From positions 11,124,161 through 11,188,160 of the forward strand of contig CAVNZM010000001.1 of assembly GCA_963693365.1 (NCBI GenBank): a stretch of 64,000 nt of DNA, in the 5' to 3' direction. Below, piece by piece: positions 33,736-46,136 of the stretch (within the stretch, counting starts at the first letter, position 1; every line of letters starts with the position of its first letter). The position numbers and the translations under genes were made by a program. Below the pieces are notes generated by a model that saw only the letters and a program-made list of their open reading frames with translations, did not search any database and was not told where the DNA came from. Origin of the DNA: Amoebidium appalachense (lineage: Eukaryota; Protista; Ichthyosporea).

Positions 33736-34885
33736 CCGTCGTGTCCCGGGTCTCCTTTTTGCGGACGATATTGTTCTTTGTTCCTTAACCGAAGATGTCA
33801 TGCACCAGATGCTTCGTCAGGTGGATCAATGGTGCACCGAGAATCTCATGACAGTCGGAATTGCAAAGTGTGCTACTTTTTCGAAGAACAATTCCTTTCG
33901 ATTGGCCGGCCTTCCTATTCCTGTTCAGAGCACCTATGACTATTTGGGTATTCCTTTTACTGCACGGGGTATTGATTTCCGCAAGCTCCTCACGGCACGG
34001 ATCGCTCGTGCGAAGGGTAAGCTTCACGTCGTGTCAAATATGTTTCAACAGGAGTCTGTGATCCATCCTGCGAACCTTCTTCTCTACTATAAAACTTTTT
34101 TACGGCCGACTTTCGAATATGGACTTCCGCTATTGGCCTGCGCCCCACCTCGCGAGGCGGCAATGGCGCTGAACGAGTTCGACGATTTTCAGGGTACTGC
34201 GCTACGCACTTTGTTTCGTACTCGGTTTGTGCCTCCCTTAATCAGTATGTTTGGATTGTCGTCTGCTGTTTGTCGTATGGAGGAATTGTCTCTTCGTTTT
34301 TGTTTTTATTTAGTTAGGCTACCTGATGGTCACCCTCTTTATGCTTTCTTTCCCCCCCCCTCCCTCCATCCCTCTTCCCCCCCGATTCACCAACGCTACT
34401 TCTGAATGTCCTCAGCCTACCCTCTTTCCACCTGATTCTTAATTCCTCTCGCTATCTCACTCCCTCTTTCTTTTCTCTTCCTGTTTTTTCTGCCTTTTCG
34501 CGTTATTACCATACGCAGTATAAGTTTCTTTCTCGTTCTGATAGAGAAATCAAAGGTAAAACTCAGTCGGCATGTGTTATGTTCCTTAGGCAACACCGTA
34601 CTGATCATTATCGCTTTTTGGGAGCTTTGGCAGGATACATTTCTCCTGCTGTACGTATGGATACCACCCTAGTAGATAAGTCTGTATGGTGCTCTGATGT
34701 TGATATTGCCTGGGAAGTTGTGCAGTGGCGCTGTAATCCTTGTTTTCATCGCCGCTGGTGCCACTTTTGTGCTGACCTTTTTAATCGCAAGCATGTTGAT
34801 AGGTGTGAATTTTTATGTCGCGTTTTACCTCTTTCCCTCCGGGTATCTGGCAATGTGAACACTTTAGATTTTTTGTTGAATTCTG
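33736..34885 (+). mobile_element. 5'-truncated, decayed non-LTR retrotransposon family A (RT C-terminal half and Cys-rich tail), interrupted at 34885
   Basis: ORF 33800-34405 has RT domain 6/7-like WCTENLMTVGIAKC, YDYLGIPF and YKTFLRPTFEYGL; ORF 34579 onward has WRCN..CHFC..FNRKH..C; stops or frameshifts lie between them. Confidence 0.88.
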
Positions 34886-35136
34886 GGGTTTACACACTTT
34901 TTATTGCGTGGACATTGCCGGAGGCCCAGCCACATTCGACGGCCTACTGCGTTTTCCAGCACAGCCAATCAAATGCAGCCAGTGACATCGATTCAGTCGC
35001 ACACATCGATTCAGTCGCACACATCGATTCAAATGTCGCTCTTTATTATCTGCTAATAAATAGTATCCTTCGCGCATCCACCCCTAAACCAGGCCATCCG
35101 TGGCCCTAAGGGCCGGGGAACACCCCCATCCATGTC

Positions 35137-36321
35137 ATGGCACATGCCTATAATCGTTTCAGAACCTCTTTCAAAGTTCCATCTACACCCATCACACATG
35201 TGCGACCATTAAAACGTCCAGCAGATACACCTACCACAGATGCACAACCAGAAAAACATCGCCTTAGACTAAGCGCAACACCTATTTACAATACACTACC
35301 CATTCAGAATAACACCACACCACTCCGTAGAAACACAATAACAACCATGCCGAAACTTTCGGTTGATACAGTACTGGCAGAACTTGCCCTCGTTAAGAAA
35401 CAGCTAAATGAGCTGTTACCACTCAAGAACATGATAGAAAAACTCCAAACAGAAAATACCCAACTCAAGCTCACCATTGATTCACTCACAGCCCAGCTAA
35501 ACATTAGTGGATCGCAAAACCCCAAAACTCATGAGCAAACATCTCGCGACGGAGACATTTCCACCCCAACACAAAACAACACAGGACCGGAAGCACAGCT
35601 CCCGGCAGAGTTCCTAGAATATGCGAACTCTCGTAAAACACCCGAGCTCCGCCAAATTGCCAAGGAAACATATGCCAGCATTCTTGCAGGCAACGAGTAC
35701 CGCCGCAACTCCCCTCCCAAACCGCCGGCTAAGGGGAACACCCAAGCAAACGGTAACATCAACATCCCACCCAAATACGAGAGGGTGTATTTCAAAGTCA
35801 AGCACGGCAGACGCCCACACAGGGCCATGTGGTCCATCTTCAAGGCTCTCGGCTTCCGGTGCTCTCGCATCCTTTGTCTGTCCTTCATTGGATACGATGT
35901 GCTGGAAGTAGCAGTACGGGGCGACTATAACCGTGCGTTCATCCGTGACGCGACAAAGGGGTGTGGAAGCTTCTTCACCCACCTCCCAAGCTACGACCCA
36001 TGCGCGCCGGAAAACATTCAGAAAGCAGACAAAGAACGTAAAGTGTCTGCTAAGAATGCGTGCGCCACACGTTGTCGTGTACGCATCAGCAAGGCAAAAG
36101 AGTTCCTCGCAAAGTTGGAAAACGATGCTACGAGCGTGATAGACACGGACACGAAGGAACCAATGTTTTCTGGTGAGAAACTGCTCGAGCGCAAACGCCG
36201 ATGCGAGATGGAAATCGAGCTCTTCTGCGAACTGTTCGCGCTGGCGGAAGGTCGTGCATACGACCCCGTAAGCGACAAGTGGGAACCAACCCCACAGGTG
36301 TCGGACCAAACCGATGCCTAA
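35137..36321 (+). CDS. LINE ORF1 protein, 394 aa (coiled coil plus probable RNA-binding domain)
   Basis: Intronless ORF; heptad pattern LAELALVKKQLNELLPLKNMIEKLQTENTQLKLTIDSLTAQL; TYASIL; basic YERVYFK..RILCLSFIG..SYDP block; lies immediately upstream of the APE-RT ORF. Confidence 0.85.
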   Translation: MAHAYNRFRTSFKVPSTPITHVRPLKRPADTPTTDAQPEKHRLRLSATPIYNTLPIQNNTTPLRRNTITTMPKLSVDTVLAELALVKKQLNELLPLKNMIEKLQTENTQLKLTIDSLTAQLNISGSQNPKTHEQTSRDGDISTPTQNNTGPEAQLPAEFLEYANSRKTPELRQIAKETYASILAGNEYRRNSPPKPPAKGNTQANGNINIPPKYERVYFKVKHGRRPHRAMWSIFKALGFRCSRILCLSFIGYDVLEVAVRGDYNRAFIRDATKGCGSFFTHLPSYDPCAPENIQKADKERKVSAKNACATRCRVRISKAKEFLAKLENDATSVIDTDTKEPMFSGEKLLERKRRCEMEIELFCELFALAEGRAYDPVSDKWEPTPQVSDQTDA

Positions 36322-39300
36322 TTTATCCTTCTTCTTCTGGAATGCTCGGACACTGGGCCCCCAAAAGGGCCTCCCCCCCGGGACACTCGACGATAAAATC
36401 AGCTACATACAACAACAGACAAACAACCACACGTTTACAGTGATTTGCGAAACACAGTTTAAAAACCACCACAAATTCAACTCTACATTGGTCGACACAT
36501 CCACACACCCCGGTTACGCGAAAAACCGAGGCATTATTGTACTTGCCGCACCACACGTGAGAGTGAAGTGCAAACCGGTGGCAAAAACGGAATTCTCGGT
36601 TTCTATAGAGTTTCTTTCTAATGTTTTTACTTTTGTATATTACCCACCATCTATGTCGGTTGTCGAATTGACTCACGAGTTGTCACAGTTACCAATGTCC
36701 ACTGTTATTTTAGGTGATTTTAACACGCGACTCCACCACACAGACACACTGCAAGTGAGTGTCGGGTACCCATCTAAGCCCCCGGAGCGTGCTATCCCTT
36801 TAGCAAGGTATGTCCAAAGTCACACTTTGCGGTTCCCTCAAATATCCCATGCCCACAACACCGACTGGGGAGTGGCCTTTTGGCCATCAACCATGTCAAA
36901 ACTCTCTCTCCCTCCTAACCTCTCTAGGTCATCTGACCACTCTCCTATCCTTTTCCTACCTAAGATCTCCCTTGATCTGCTCCCCCCCTCCCCCTCCCAC
37001 CTTTCGCCTCCGTCTATCCCAGCTTAAGTCACAGTGGGGTAGAGTTGATGTATGTGTATGCTATGCTACGAAACACCCTATATATATGCGCCTATTAGAA
37101 TCTGCACAAGCCAGGCCAGATTCACATCTCGTACTAGATACATGCACTAACTTTATTGTTGATGATTTGATAGATCTCGGTGATTATGCTGGCGGTGGTA
37201 GGAAGGAATACCCCGATGCTCTCTTGTTACCAAACACCACTCCCGCTAGACTAGGTGAACCCCTGTCTCAAAAGGAAAGCTTGCGCCGGCTTGCTAGTAT
37301 GAATCGATTTGGCCCCCCTGCTCGTATTATTGGTGATACCACTGGAGACCCCCTCATAGACTCTGATAAGTATTTCTCGGAACTGTTTAAAGATAGGACC
37401 CCCGCTCAGAAACCTATTGTGTGGCCTGTAGACCCATCTATCCCCATAGAATCGATCCTCCCCTTTTTCAGTCCCGATGCCATATGGTCTGTGATATCTA
37501 GTTATAGCTCTAGTAAGTCTTGTGGACCTGATGGACTCCCTGCTGGGTTTCTTAAAATCCTTGTTCCCTCCTACCCACAAAAGGAAAGTGATCGTGCTAT
37601 TAAACCTGATCTTACTATCATGTTAAGCTCTCTCTTTTCTTGGTGTGTTAAATGTGGACATGTCCCGTCATCTTGGTTAGATACCTTAGTGATCCCCATA
37701 GTTAAGAAGGACTCTGAGGGCCCCATATCATCCTTTCGCCCCATTACACTAACCCAGGTTGTTCGTAGATTCTTTGAAGCTTGCTTACTTAGGTTATTTG
37801 CACATCACCCTAGGTTTCAATCTATTCTTCACATACACCCATGCCAATCCGCTTTTCGTAAAAACAATTCATGTTATGTTCAAATAATGGCACTGCACGA
37901 TTCTATGCAAGTTGGTGCACAATATGTTGGCTTTATTGATTGGAAAACTGCTTACGATTCTGTCTCCCCTGGTCTCCTATGGGAAAAGCTTGCTGCACGG
38001 GGTGTACCACACTGCATTGGTGTTCTGTTAGAAGCACTCTTGTCTCAAACCTATGGTAGAGCTGTGGTTAATGGGCATCTTTCATATGGTTTTGCTCGTA
38101 CTAGAGGTCTCTTGCAGGGTTCATTGCTTAGCCCCTTTTTGTTTAACCTATTTATAGATGATTTGGCTGTCAAGATTTACGCCGAAAACGATGACCCTAT
38201 TAATAACTTTCCGCCTGCACTTCTCTATGCTGATGATCTGTCCCTCCTTGCCCGTACCCCTAGACGCCTGCAAAGATTGTTCGATGTAGTGTCAGAGTGG
38301 TGCAAGGCAAACCTTATGATCCTTAACATAGACAAATGTGGTGTTCTTGTACCTGATATAGCTAACAATTTACACACATTTACATTATCATCTAAACCTG
38401 TACCTATAGTTCCAGAATACAAATATCTTGGTGTTCCGGTTGATTCTGTTGGTGTTATGTTTCCCCATATGGTCGAAAAGAGGGTAGAGTTGGCTCGTAA
38501 GCGGTTAGCTTTCTTCTCGGCTAATATTTTTAAAGACACACCCCTCCATCCTTCTATTAGACTTACATTTATTCGCACTTTTGTCTTCCCGGCATGTGAA
38601 TATGGTTTACCCCTTCTCGCCGCTTGGATCAAGAAAGAGAGAACTAGAGCGCTTAAACCCTTGGCAAATTTCCTTGAAGCAGAAGTTGCCTCCTTTCTAT
38701 CTAACAACTGTTGTAAACCTGGGCCTGTAACGCTCTCGATATATGGTCTGGTCCCAATAGCTGCTAGAGTATCCTATCTCGCGCTGAAATTCAATAAGCA
38801 CATAAGCCGCTTAAAGAAGTATTTGCCCTCCCACCCTCTCTTCTCTATCCGACCTGTCCCCTCCTCACCTCTCCCCTCTTTCCTCCCCTCTCTCTCCCCT
38901 TCTCCCCTGGGCACAAATACAAATAAACCCCGCAATAGTGTGTGTGTGACTTTGGACTGCCACTTACTTATTAAACATGTACACAATCACAAGATAATCA
39001 CGCAATATAACAAATGGAAAAAGATACCACACGACACTAGACCCGATGAAAGCATACACCTTGAAAAACTAAGCCTTATGTCTCGTTTTATATATACTGA
39101 CCGCCTCAACCATATTGCCAAATATGGCACTCGCAAGTGTATAACACCTAAATACATATTACCTTCCTGTAGAACTGGTCTTTCTCTAGCTGATGGTATT
39201 ATTGATCAATTACCACGCTTTTACTGTACACGTGCTATACAGTGGAGATCTAATAAGTATAAGGTGGCATCATTTGCATGCCCAAACAACACACACACAC

Positions 39301-39509
39301 ACCAGTTTAACCGGTCATGTATCGCCAAATGTAGTTTGATAGACCACATAATACCGCAACACACACACGTCACATTCACAACAGACACCCAGAAAGATAG
39401 CCTACCTGTAAATTACAACATCCTTGATTTTATACTAAACACGCGTAACTACGACCTGTTTATTAGATGTATTGATTGGCTTGAGAAACACATCACTACA
39501 AAATTATAG
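36314..39509 (+). CDS. LINE ORF2: APE endonuclease (36314 to about 36990) and reverse transcriptase with Cys-rich tail, joined across a single frameshift
   Basis: APE motifs: FWNAR, ICET, YYPP, LGDFN, SDHSP. RT motifs: GPDG, FRPITL, QSAFR, FIDWKTAYDSV, GLLQGSLLSPFLFNLFIDDL, LYADD, YKYLGV. The frame changes in the C-rich run at about 36980-37000. Confidence 0.92.
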
Positions 39510-39513
39510 CGCA

Positions 39514-39584
<71 letters not shown>

Positions 39585-39616
39585 CCAGCTGATACCGAGT
39601 GTCCCGAGGGGAGCCC

Positions 39617-39653
<37 letters not shown>

Positions 39654-39912
39654 GGGGAACCCCAACTAATTGATTTCTCCTTGTAGTCTTTATGGTGTCT
39701 CGTAGAGAAAGTAAACCCTGATATATAGTCACCACCCGACATCTATGTACGTGATCATGATATACCGCTGAGGGGATATTCCGAGCAAAACCCCCCCCCC
39801 CCATACCTGAGACTGGTTCTCTTTGCCTCGAGTAAACAGCGTAAACCCCTGACATATGTACATGCTAGGCAACAATGAGCGCCATCGTAGTATCTGACAC
39901 CCCTATTACATA

Positions 39913-40723
39913 TTATGGGTAAGCAGATGCTAGCATCGGTAGCTCCGACAGAAAGTTAAGGCACCGGATCACAATATCATACTGTGCAGCATTAATAAGG
40001 TGATCTAGGATAGTCATCTTAAAACGGATATATTGAGGAAGAGAGGAAGAAAAGAGAATAAAACCGCCAATAACCTCCGGTTCTAATACATTAGCTAACA
40101 GGTTGCATTTATTGATAGATATGCAGCCGCGAGTAAACCGCCCCCCACACATATTACACATACGAGCAGGAGACACCAGAAACCGATTACACCGCCAAGC
40201 CATAATCATCTTTGCGTTTTTACACCACATTACGAATAAACGAATCTATGTATGAACGAGACTCTCTAACCGTATCCGCCATATAGGCTACTAGTAGTTG
40301 GTGTTTTTGCGGTCCTAACACCGGAAGGGACTCAACACGTAGAGTAAAAAGATATCTATCAGCCATAGACTTGAAACTATTCATATTCACACTATGATCT
40401 AGCCGTACCTCCGGGGGGGTCGCCAGCCATTCCACATAGCGCTCGGCAATGGGCAGAGACGATGGGGAAGGGAAGAGGTAGAGGGGCGAATCCGGCGGGG
40501 ATGCGTGTAGCCGGAAGAGCGGGTGGTCCGGGGCACAAGCGGACAGGCGGGTGATGTGCTCGTGAAATTTAAGCGCTAATTCGTGTACGCGTTGTGATGG
40601 TGGTGTGAGTGCGTAGAGAGAATCAAAAAGGCGTCTAGGGATAGGTGTGGAAAGACCAGTGAGAAACATACAACAAGTTGTGTAATGGAAATCATCTAAT
40701 GATTTGAGGACATTAGTAACAGT
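39913..40723 (-). mobile_element. 5'-truncated non-LTR retrotransposon family C (post-RT domain), antisense
   Basis: LYALTPPSQRVHELALKFHEHITRL..DHPLF matches family B IYGLVPIAARVSYLALKFNKHISRL..SHPLF; AWRCNRF..CNMCGGRFTRGC..C..TILDHLIN matches B QWRSNKY..FNRSC..C..NILDFILN; frameshift near 40225. Confidence 0.85.
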
Positions 40724-40975
40724 TTGGTCGTCACATTGAGTATTTATATGATTTTCACACAGTGTTCAGGTATCTCAGTATGCACTTGTTACTGGATAAC
40801 TCGTGAAGTTTTTATTGTCTTCTCAGTATGCCGTGCATACTTGCATATCTTTCCGTCGAATAAATCCAGTCAAAAGAAAAAAAAAAGTTTTTATTGTCTT
40901 CTCAGTATGCCGTGCATACTTGCATATCTTTCCGTCGAATAAATCCAGTCAAAAGAAAGAGAAAAAGAAAAAAAT
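40724..40975 (+). mobile_element. Resumed 3' end of family A element with a duplicated terminal ~79 bp and A-rich tails
   Basis: ttggtcgtcacattgag... continues the sequence broken at 34885 (compare the intact gaattctg|ttggtcgtcac at about 33635-33653); gtttttattgtc...gaataaatccagtcaaaagaaa occurs twice. Confidence 0.85.
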
Positions 40976-41354
40976 AACACGGTGATTTATTCTCTATTTA
41001 TCTCTGCATGGGCTCGCGGAACCTCCCAAGATCCAATTGTGGCTTATAGTTGCCGCCCTGTGTGCCTTTTGTGCTCTGGCGACTGACGTCCGACGTCTCG
41101 ACTCGCTCGAGTTCCGAGTGCCTCGATACATGAACGATGTTCATGTTTTAGCTGAATATTTTGCTGGCAAAAAACTGCTACGCACCACAAAACTAAGCGT
41201 ATCTGTATCATTGAGTGCAATTCTTAAATGGCTCGTTTCACATCTGTTGGCTAATGCAGCACCCTCTTTTTCGAAGGTCAACGGAGCAGATAAACTGAAC
41301 ATTGTTCGTCCAACCCCCAGGCCCACTTTTTTTGAACCGGGGAAGTCATAAAGA

Positions 41355-41884
41355 ATGGGGGACATAAACGAAGAAGAGAAATCGGAGAAGTTAATTATAG
41401 TGTCACCATCCAGTGTAGACAACTTACCTGTTTCTGCTAACGCCGACACCGCATCAACTGATTCTGTAGCTGCCCGTAGCGCCATTCCTTTTCAGACCAA
41501 TTTGAACGTAGCAAATGCCGCCGAAAAACCACTAAAACAAGGTCCTAAAACGAAAGAAAAACCGACGAGACTGCTTATATTGAGCAGCATCATAGCTGCA
41601 TTTCCAGGAATAGCAGATGGTTTTGCGAGCTCGGTGGTTAACAACTCAAGGTAAGGGATGATCATGAGCTCCACCCAGGTGTCCGTTTTCTTGCGCTTTC
41701 TTGTTACTTAGAACTCCTGCGTCCTGGGCGAGGCGATCTCTGACGTTGTGAAGCGGTTCTAGTTAAAAATTATAGAAAGGTGTAAGGGGTGAAAGTGTGG
41801 GTGATGGAGGAGCGTTTCTGCCTTTATGTAGCTGAAACGTTCAGTTTTTTTGCCACGTTGTAGCATGTGTTTGTACTGTGTAAG

Positions 41885-41930
<46 letters not shown>

Positions 41931-42351
41931 AGGAGCGAGAGGCTCTGAAGGTGTCACTGTGTGTATGTGTATATCTTGGAAGAAAGGCAGCTGTAGGGTG
42001 TGGGGAGTGGGGGGGGGGGGGGGGGGGGGGGGGGGATGAGTTGTGATTAGGATAGATATATCGAGCCTCTTGTTTTTGTTGGTTGTCTCAATCTTCACAT
42101 TTTGTCTCAGATTTTGTACAGGTTGGTTGTCGGGGTAGTGGCTGTGACACCTTTTTCATTTCCCTTGTTTCCTTTTTTCCTTCTTTTTCGTCTTCCTTTT
42201 TCCTTCTCTTTTCTTTTGTTTCTTTCTTTCTTTCTTTCTTTCTTTCTTTTCTTCTTTCTTTCTTTTTTTTTTTTTTCCTTTTTTTTTTCTTCTTTTTTTA
42301 TTTATTTTTATTTTTATTTTTTATTTATTTATTTTTTTTTTATTTTTATTT

Positions 42352-42382
<31 letters not shown>

Positions 42383-42457
42383 GAGGGGGGGGGAATATGG
42401 GTGTCACTTTGTATATGTTGCGGGAAAAGAGCGTGTGTGAGTATTTTTTTTTATTGG

Positions 42458-42488
<31 letters not shown>

Positions 42489-42617
42489 CGCGGATAAGTG
42501 AAGAGATTAGCATAATTTTTTCGAGAATTAACTTCATTTTCTTCTTTTCTTTTCTTTTCTTTTCTTTCTTTTCTTTTCTTTTTTTCTTCTTTTCTTTCTT
42601 TTTTTTGGGGGGGGGAT

Positions 42618-42665
<48 letters not shown>

Positions 42666-42818
42666 GTGCCCGACGTTAGTATTTTGTCTAAGTTTTCATA
42701 CAAGATTACCTACTGAAGCAGTGGTACTAAGCACAATTTCTCCAGATTTTCTGTCTTTTTTATGTTTGTTTTTCTTTCTTTCTTTCTTTCTATTCCCTCT
42801 TCCTTTTTTTTTTTTTTT

Positions 42819-42849
<31 letters not shown>

Positions 42850-42854
42850 GGGGG

Positions 42855-42892
<38 letters not shown>

Positions 42893-43398
42893 CTTGTGTG
42901 TGTGTGGTGTGGGTGTGTGCGTGTGCGCGCGACAGCATATGTATTTGTGTTTGTGTGTGTATGTGTGCACGTGTGTGTGTTTGTGTGTGTGCGTGGATGT
43001 GAGTATAGCTGAACGGTGACGTCCCATTATGTTATGTCAATGCCGGAAATTTGGCTGAGCTGTATATTGGTGTGCGCCGATGCTTTTCAGGGCCTTACCT
43101 CTCTCAACCTTGTAAATTGAATTTTCGATTTCTATACGAGCAAACCTTTTGTACTTACGAGAGCACCCCGGTCCATCTATACACATGCCTCCCCGGTACT
43201 CATGAGTGCGTTCGCACAGATGTGCACTAATCCGTGCAACATTTCACATACACATATCTTCTTATTGAGAAACGCATACTAAAAACACACACAAATCAAA
43301 TGCTACATGCATGCATACACACACACATTCACACACATGCACATGCACACACACAGACACACACGTACACACGTACACGCACACACACACACACACGC

Positions 43399-43438
<40 letters not shown>

Positions 43439-44504
43439 ACACACACCTAAACTCACCCAGCCCCCTTCCCCCTCCCCCCCCCCCCCTCCCCCCTTTTCCC
43501 TCCCTCCCCATCCTGCAGGCCTGCCGTATTCCAATGGTTTGCAGACCGCGGGTCCCCCTTAACGACCGCATCATGGGCGTTTTCCGTCTCTCTCCATCCT
43601 CTAGGGGGGCTCGTGGGATCAATCCTAGCCGCACCCCTCGTTCGCCACTACGGCCCGCACAAAACACAGTTCTACAACAACGTGATGTATCTTTTCAGCA
43701 GTTTGCTCTTCATTTTTACGCAAAATCTGGCCATGCTTGATGTCGCGCGATTTTTTGCCGGTCTCGCGATCGGTATCAGCAGCCCAGCGAAGATGATCTA
43801 CATTGGGGAGATCTCGCCCGCGCACCTCCGCGGGCCAATGAGCATCGTGACGAACATTGTTTTCATTGGTGGAATGGTGTTCGGGTTGGTTCTAGGAATG
43901 CATAACGTCATGGGGACACCGGAATTGTGGAGGTATTTGTACGGTTTGACGATTGTTGCCCCCTTGGTTCATTTCCCGTTTTCGTTTGTGATGCCTGAGA
44001 GCCCGCGGTTTTTGTTCAACCAAGGGAGGGTGGAGGAGGCGAGGAAGGCTATCAACCGGTGAGTGTTGCTCTACTTTCTCCTCTCTTTTCGTTCACTTTC
44101 TCTCTGTGTGTGTTTCCTCCATCCCTGCCTCTCCTCCTTCCCCCTCCCATCCTTTCCCTGCCTCCCTCAATCCATTCACCTTATCTCTTAAATACATACA
44201 TCTCATTTCCTCTCTACAACTTCTAAATGTCTCTCTTATCCCCACCTTCCCACCCCAACTCTTTCTGTAACACTATCCCTCCTTCTCCCTCCCCCCCCCC
44301 CCCCCCCCCCCCCTCTTCCCCTTCCCCTCTCCCATACTTTCTCCCCCTGAGCCTTCCCGGAGGGTTGGTTCTGCTTATTTTGCATACTGCGCGCGTTGCT
44401 GATGTTGCATACTTTGAATGTTTGCTTCTGCCTGTGTCCTGCACCGTATTTCTCACCGCTTACTTGTACTTCGTACCGTGTTGTGCATGCTAACCCCCCC
44501 TCCC

Positions 44505-44545
<41 letters not shown>

Positions 44546-46136
44546 ACCACCACCACCACCACCCCACCCGCTCGACAGATGAGCTTGATTCAAGCGACTT
44601 CTGCATGCATTTTTTTCCAGGTTTGATTTCTAGCTTCTACATGTTGTTGACATTTTTTGTTTTGTGTTTTGATGTCTCCTGCATAAATCCAACGCTCTAA
44701 TGCATACGCCCCCTACTTCCCTCCGTCCGCTTCCCCCCTCCCCCCCCCCCCCCCCCCCCCCTTCCGTAAAAAAAAAATCCCCCTAACCCCCCAAAACCCC
44801 CCTAACCCCCCAAAACCCCCCTAACCCCCCCCCCCCCCCCTAACACACACACACACAAGGAAAAACAACCCAAATACATGCACACACATACACAGTCATA
44901 GAAATATTTGCACTCAGCATCCATCCATTCACCTGTCATAATACATTTACTTGTCCGCCCATCCTGGCCTGTTCACTTATGCCCCTCCTTCAACTCATCC
45001 ACCCCCCCCCCCCCCCCCCCCTGCCTGCCCGCCCGCCCTTAACACACACACACGCACACACGCACGCACACACACTCTAACACAATGAGAGAAACACACA
45101 GGCGCACACATCACCTCCAAAAAAAACACAAATGAAATACAGTCTTTTTTTTTTGGGGGGGGGGGGGGGGGGAGAGGGGGCGGGGGAAGGGAGGAAGGAC
45201 GGGGAGGGGGAGGGGGGAAGGGGGGGACTTTCTTGATCCCTCTCTCCTCTAGTTTCGGTTCTAACCTGTCATTTTCCTCTCTATTCTATTGTACCACACG
45301 AAAGCCCTTTCTCTTGCTACTAAACACCTCCCTCACACTGCACCTATACTCACCAAACATCATGTTTCAACAGGCTAAGGGGACACGAGAACAACGACTG
45401 GGAACTAGCCGAATACCAGAAAGCAAAAGAGCGTGAAGCAAAAGCAAACATGTCGTTTTTCTCCGGTCTCAAACACGTGTTCACATCGCGGGAAATGATG
45501 AAACCCCTCTCCATCGTCCTATTCATCCCCTTCATCGCCCCCTACGCCTCGTGTAATTTCGTCACATTTTACAGCAACCAAACGTTTGCACAAGCGGGGC
45601 TTTCAAACGGAGAAATGGCGGCGGTTTTAGGTGGTGTGTGTCTATTCCTCTCCTCTCTCACCATGTATCCGCTGGTGGAAAGGGCTGGAAGGAGGTGGCT
45701 ACTTCTAGGTGGGTGGACTGGTTCGGGGATAGGCGCAACTATGTTTTGCATCGCGTCGGTATACAGCGATAGCGCGGTTTGGAACAAGGCAAGTATTGGG
45801 TTTTTGCTCATGACGCAGTTTTTTGGGTTTTTCGCTTTCGGATCGCAGATGGTTTTGTCTTCTGAGCTTTTCCCTACCTCTCTCCGCAGTATCGGTGTTT
45901 CGTTGGCGCAGATTGTTAATCGAATTTCGCAGTTTATTATGACTCTGGCCTTCCCGTTTATTTCGGACGGTCTGGGCGACTACACGTTTTTGCTTGCTAC
46001 CGTTGCTAGCGTGATGGGGTGTGCGTTTGTGATAGTTGTAATTCCAGAGACGACGAGTCTTACTATGGAACAGATACAGGATATGTTGCACAAGAAAGGG
46101 GGTGCAAAGGGTAGAGGGAGTAAAGAGACACCTTAA
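41355..46136 (+). CDS. MFS sugar-porter (GLUT/SLC2-like) transporter, 3 exons
   Basis: Exons 41355-41650, 43519-44058 and 45374-46136 are phase-consistent. Motifs: [49 protein letters not shown]. Confidence 0.92.

Larger units (their letters stand above)
34886..39652 (+). mobile_element. Near full-length non-LTR (LINE-type, APE-RT) retrotransposon family B
   Basis: ~250-nt 5' UTR, ORF1, overlapping ORF2 (endonuclease + RT), (CA)n directly after the stop, and an A-run at 39621-39652. The exact 3' end is uncertain. Confidence 0.92.

Noticed and set aside
39583-39912. Hammerhead ribozyme at the LINE 3' end
   Set aside because: No CUGANGA...GAAA core with the required stems was found.
41037-41351. 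104-aa ORF upstream of the transporter
   Set aside because: Non-ATG start and no motif; probably promoter or 5' UTR sequence.
44778-44845. CCCTAA/CCCCAAAA telomere-like motifs
   Set aside because: Only 2-3 copies of a ~20-bp C-rich unit inside an intron; not a telomeric array.
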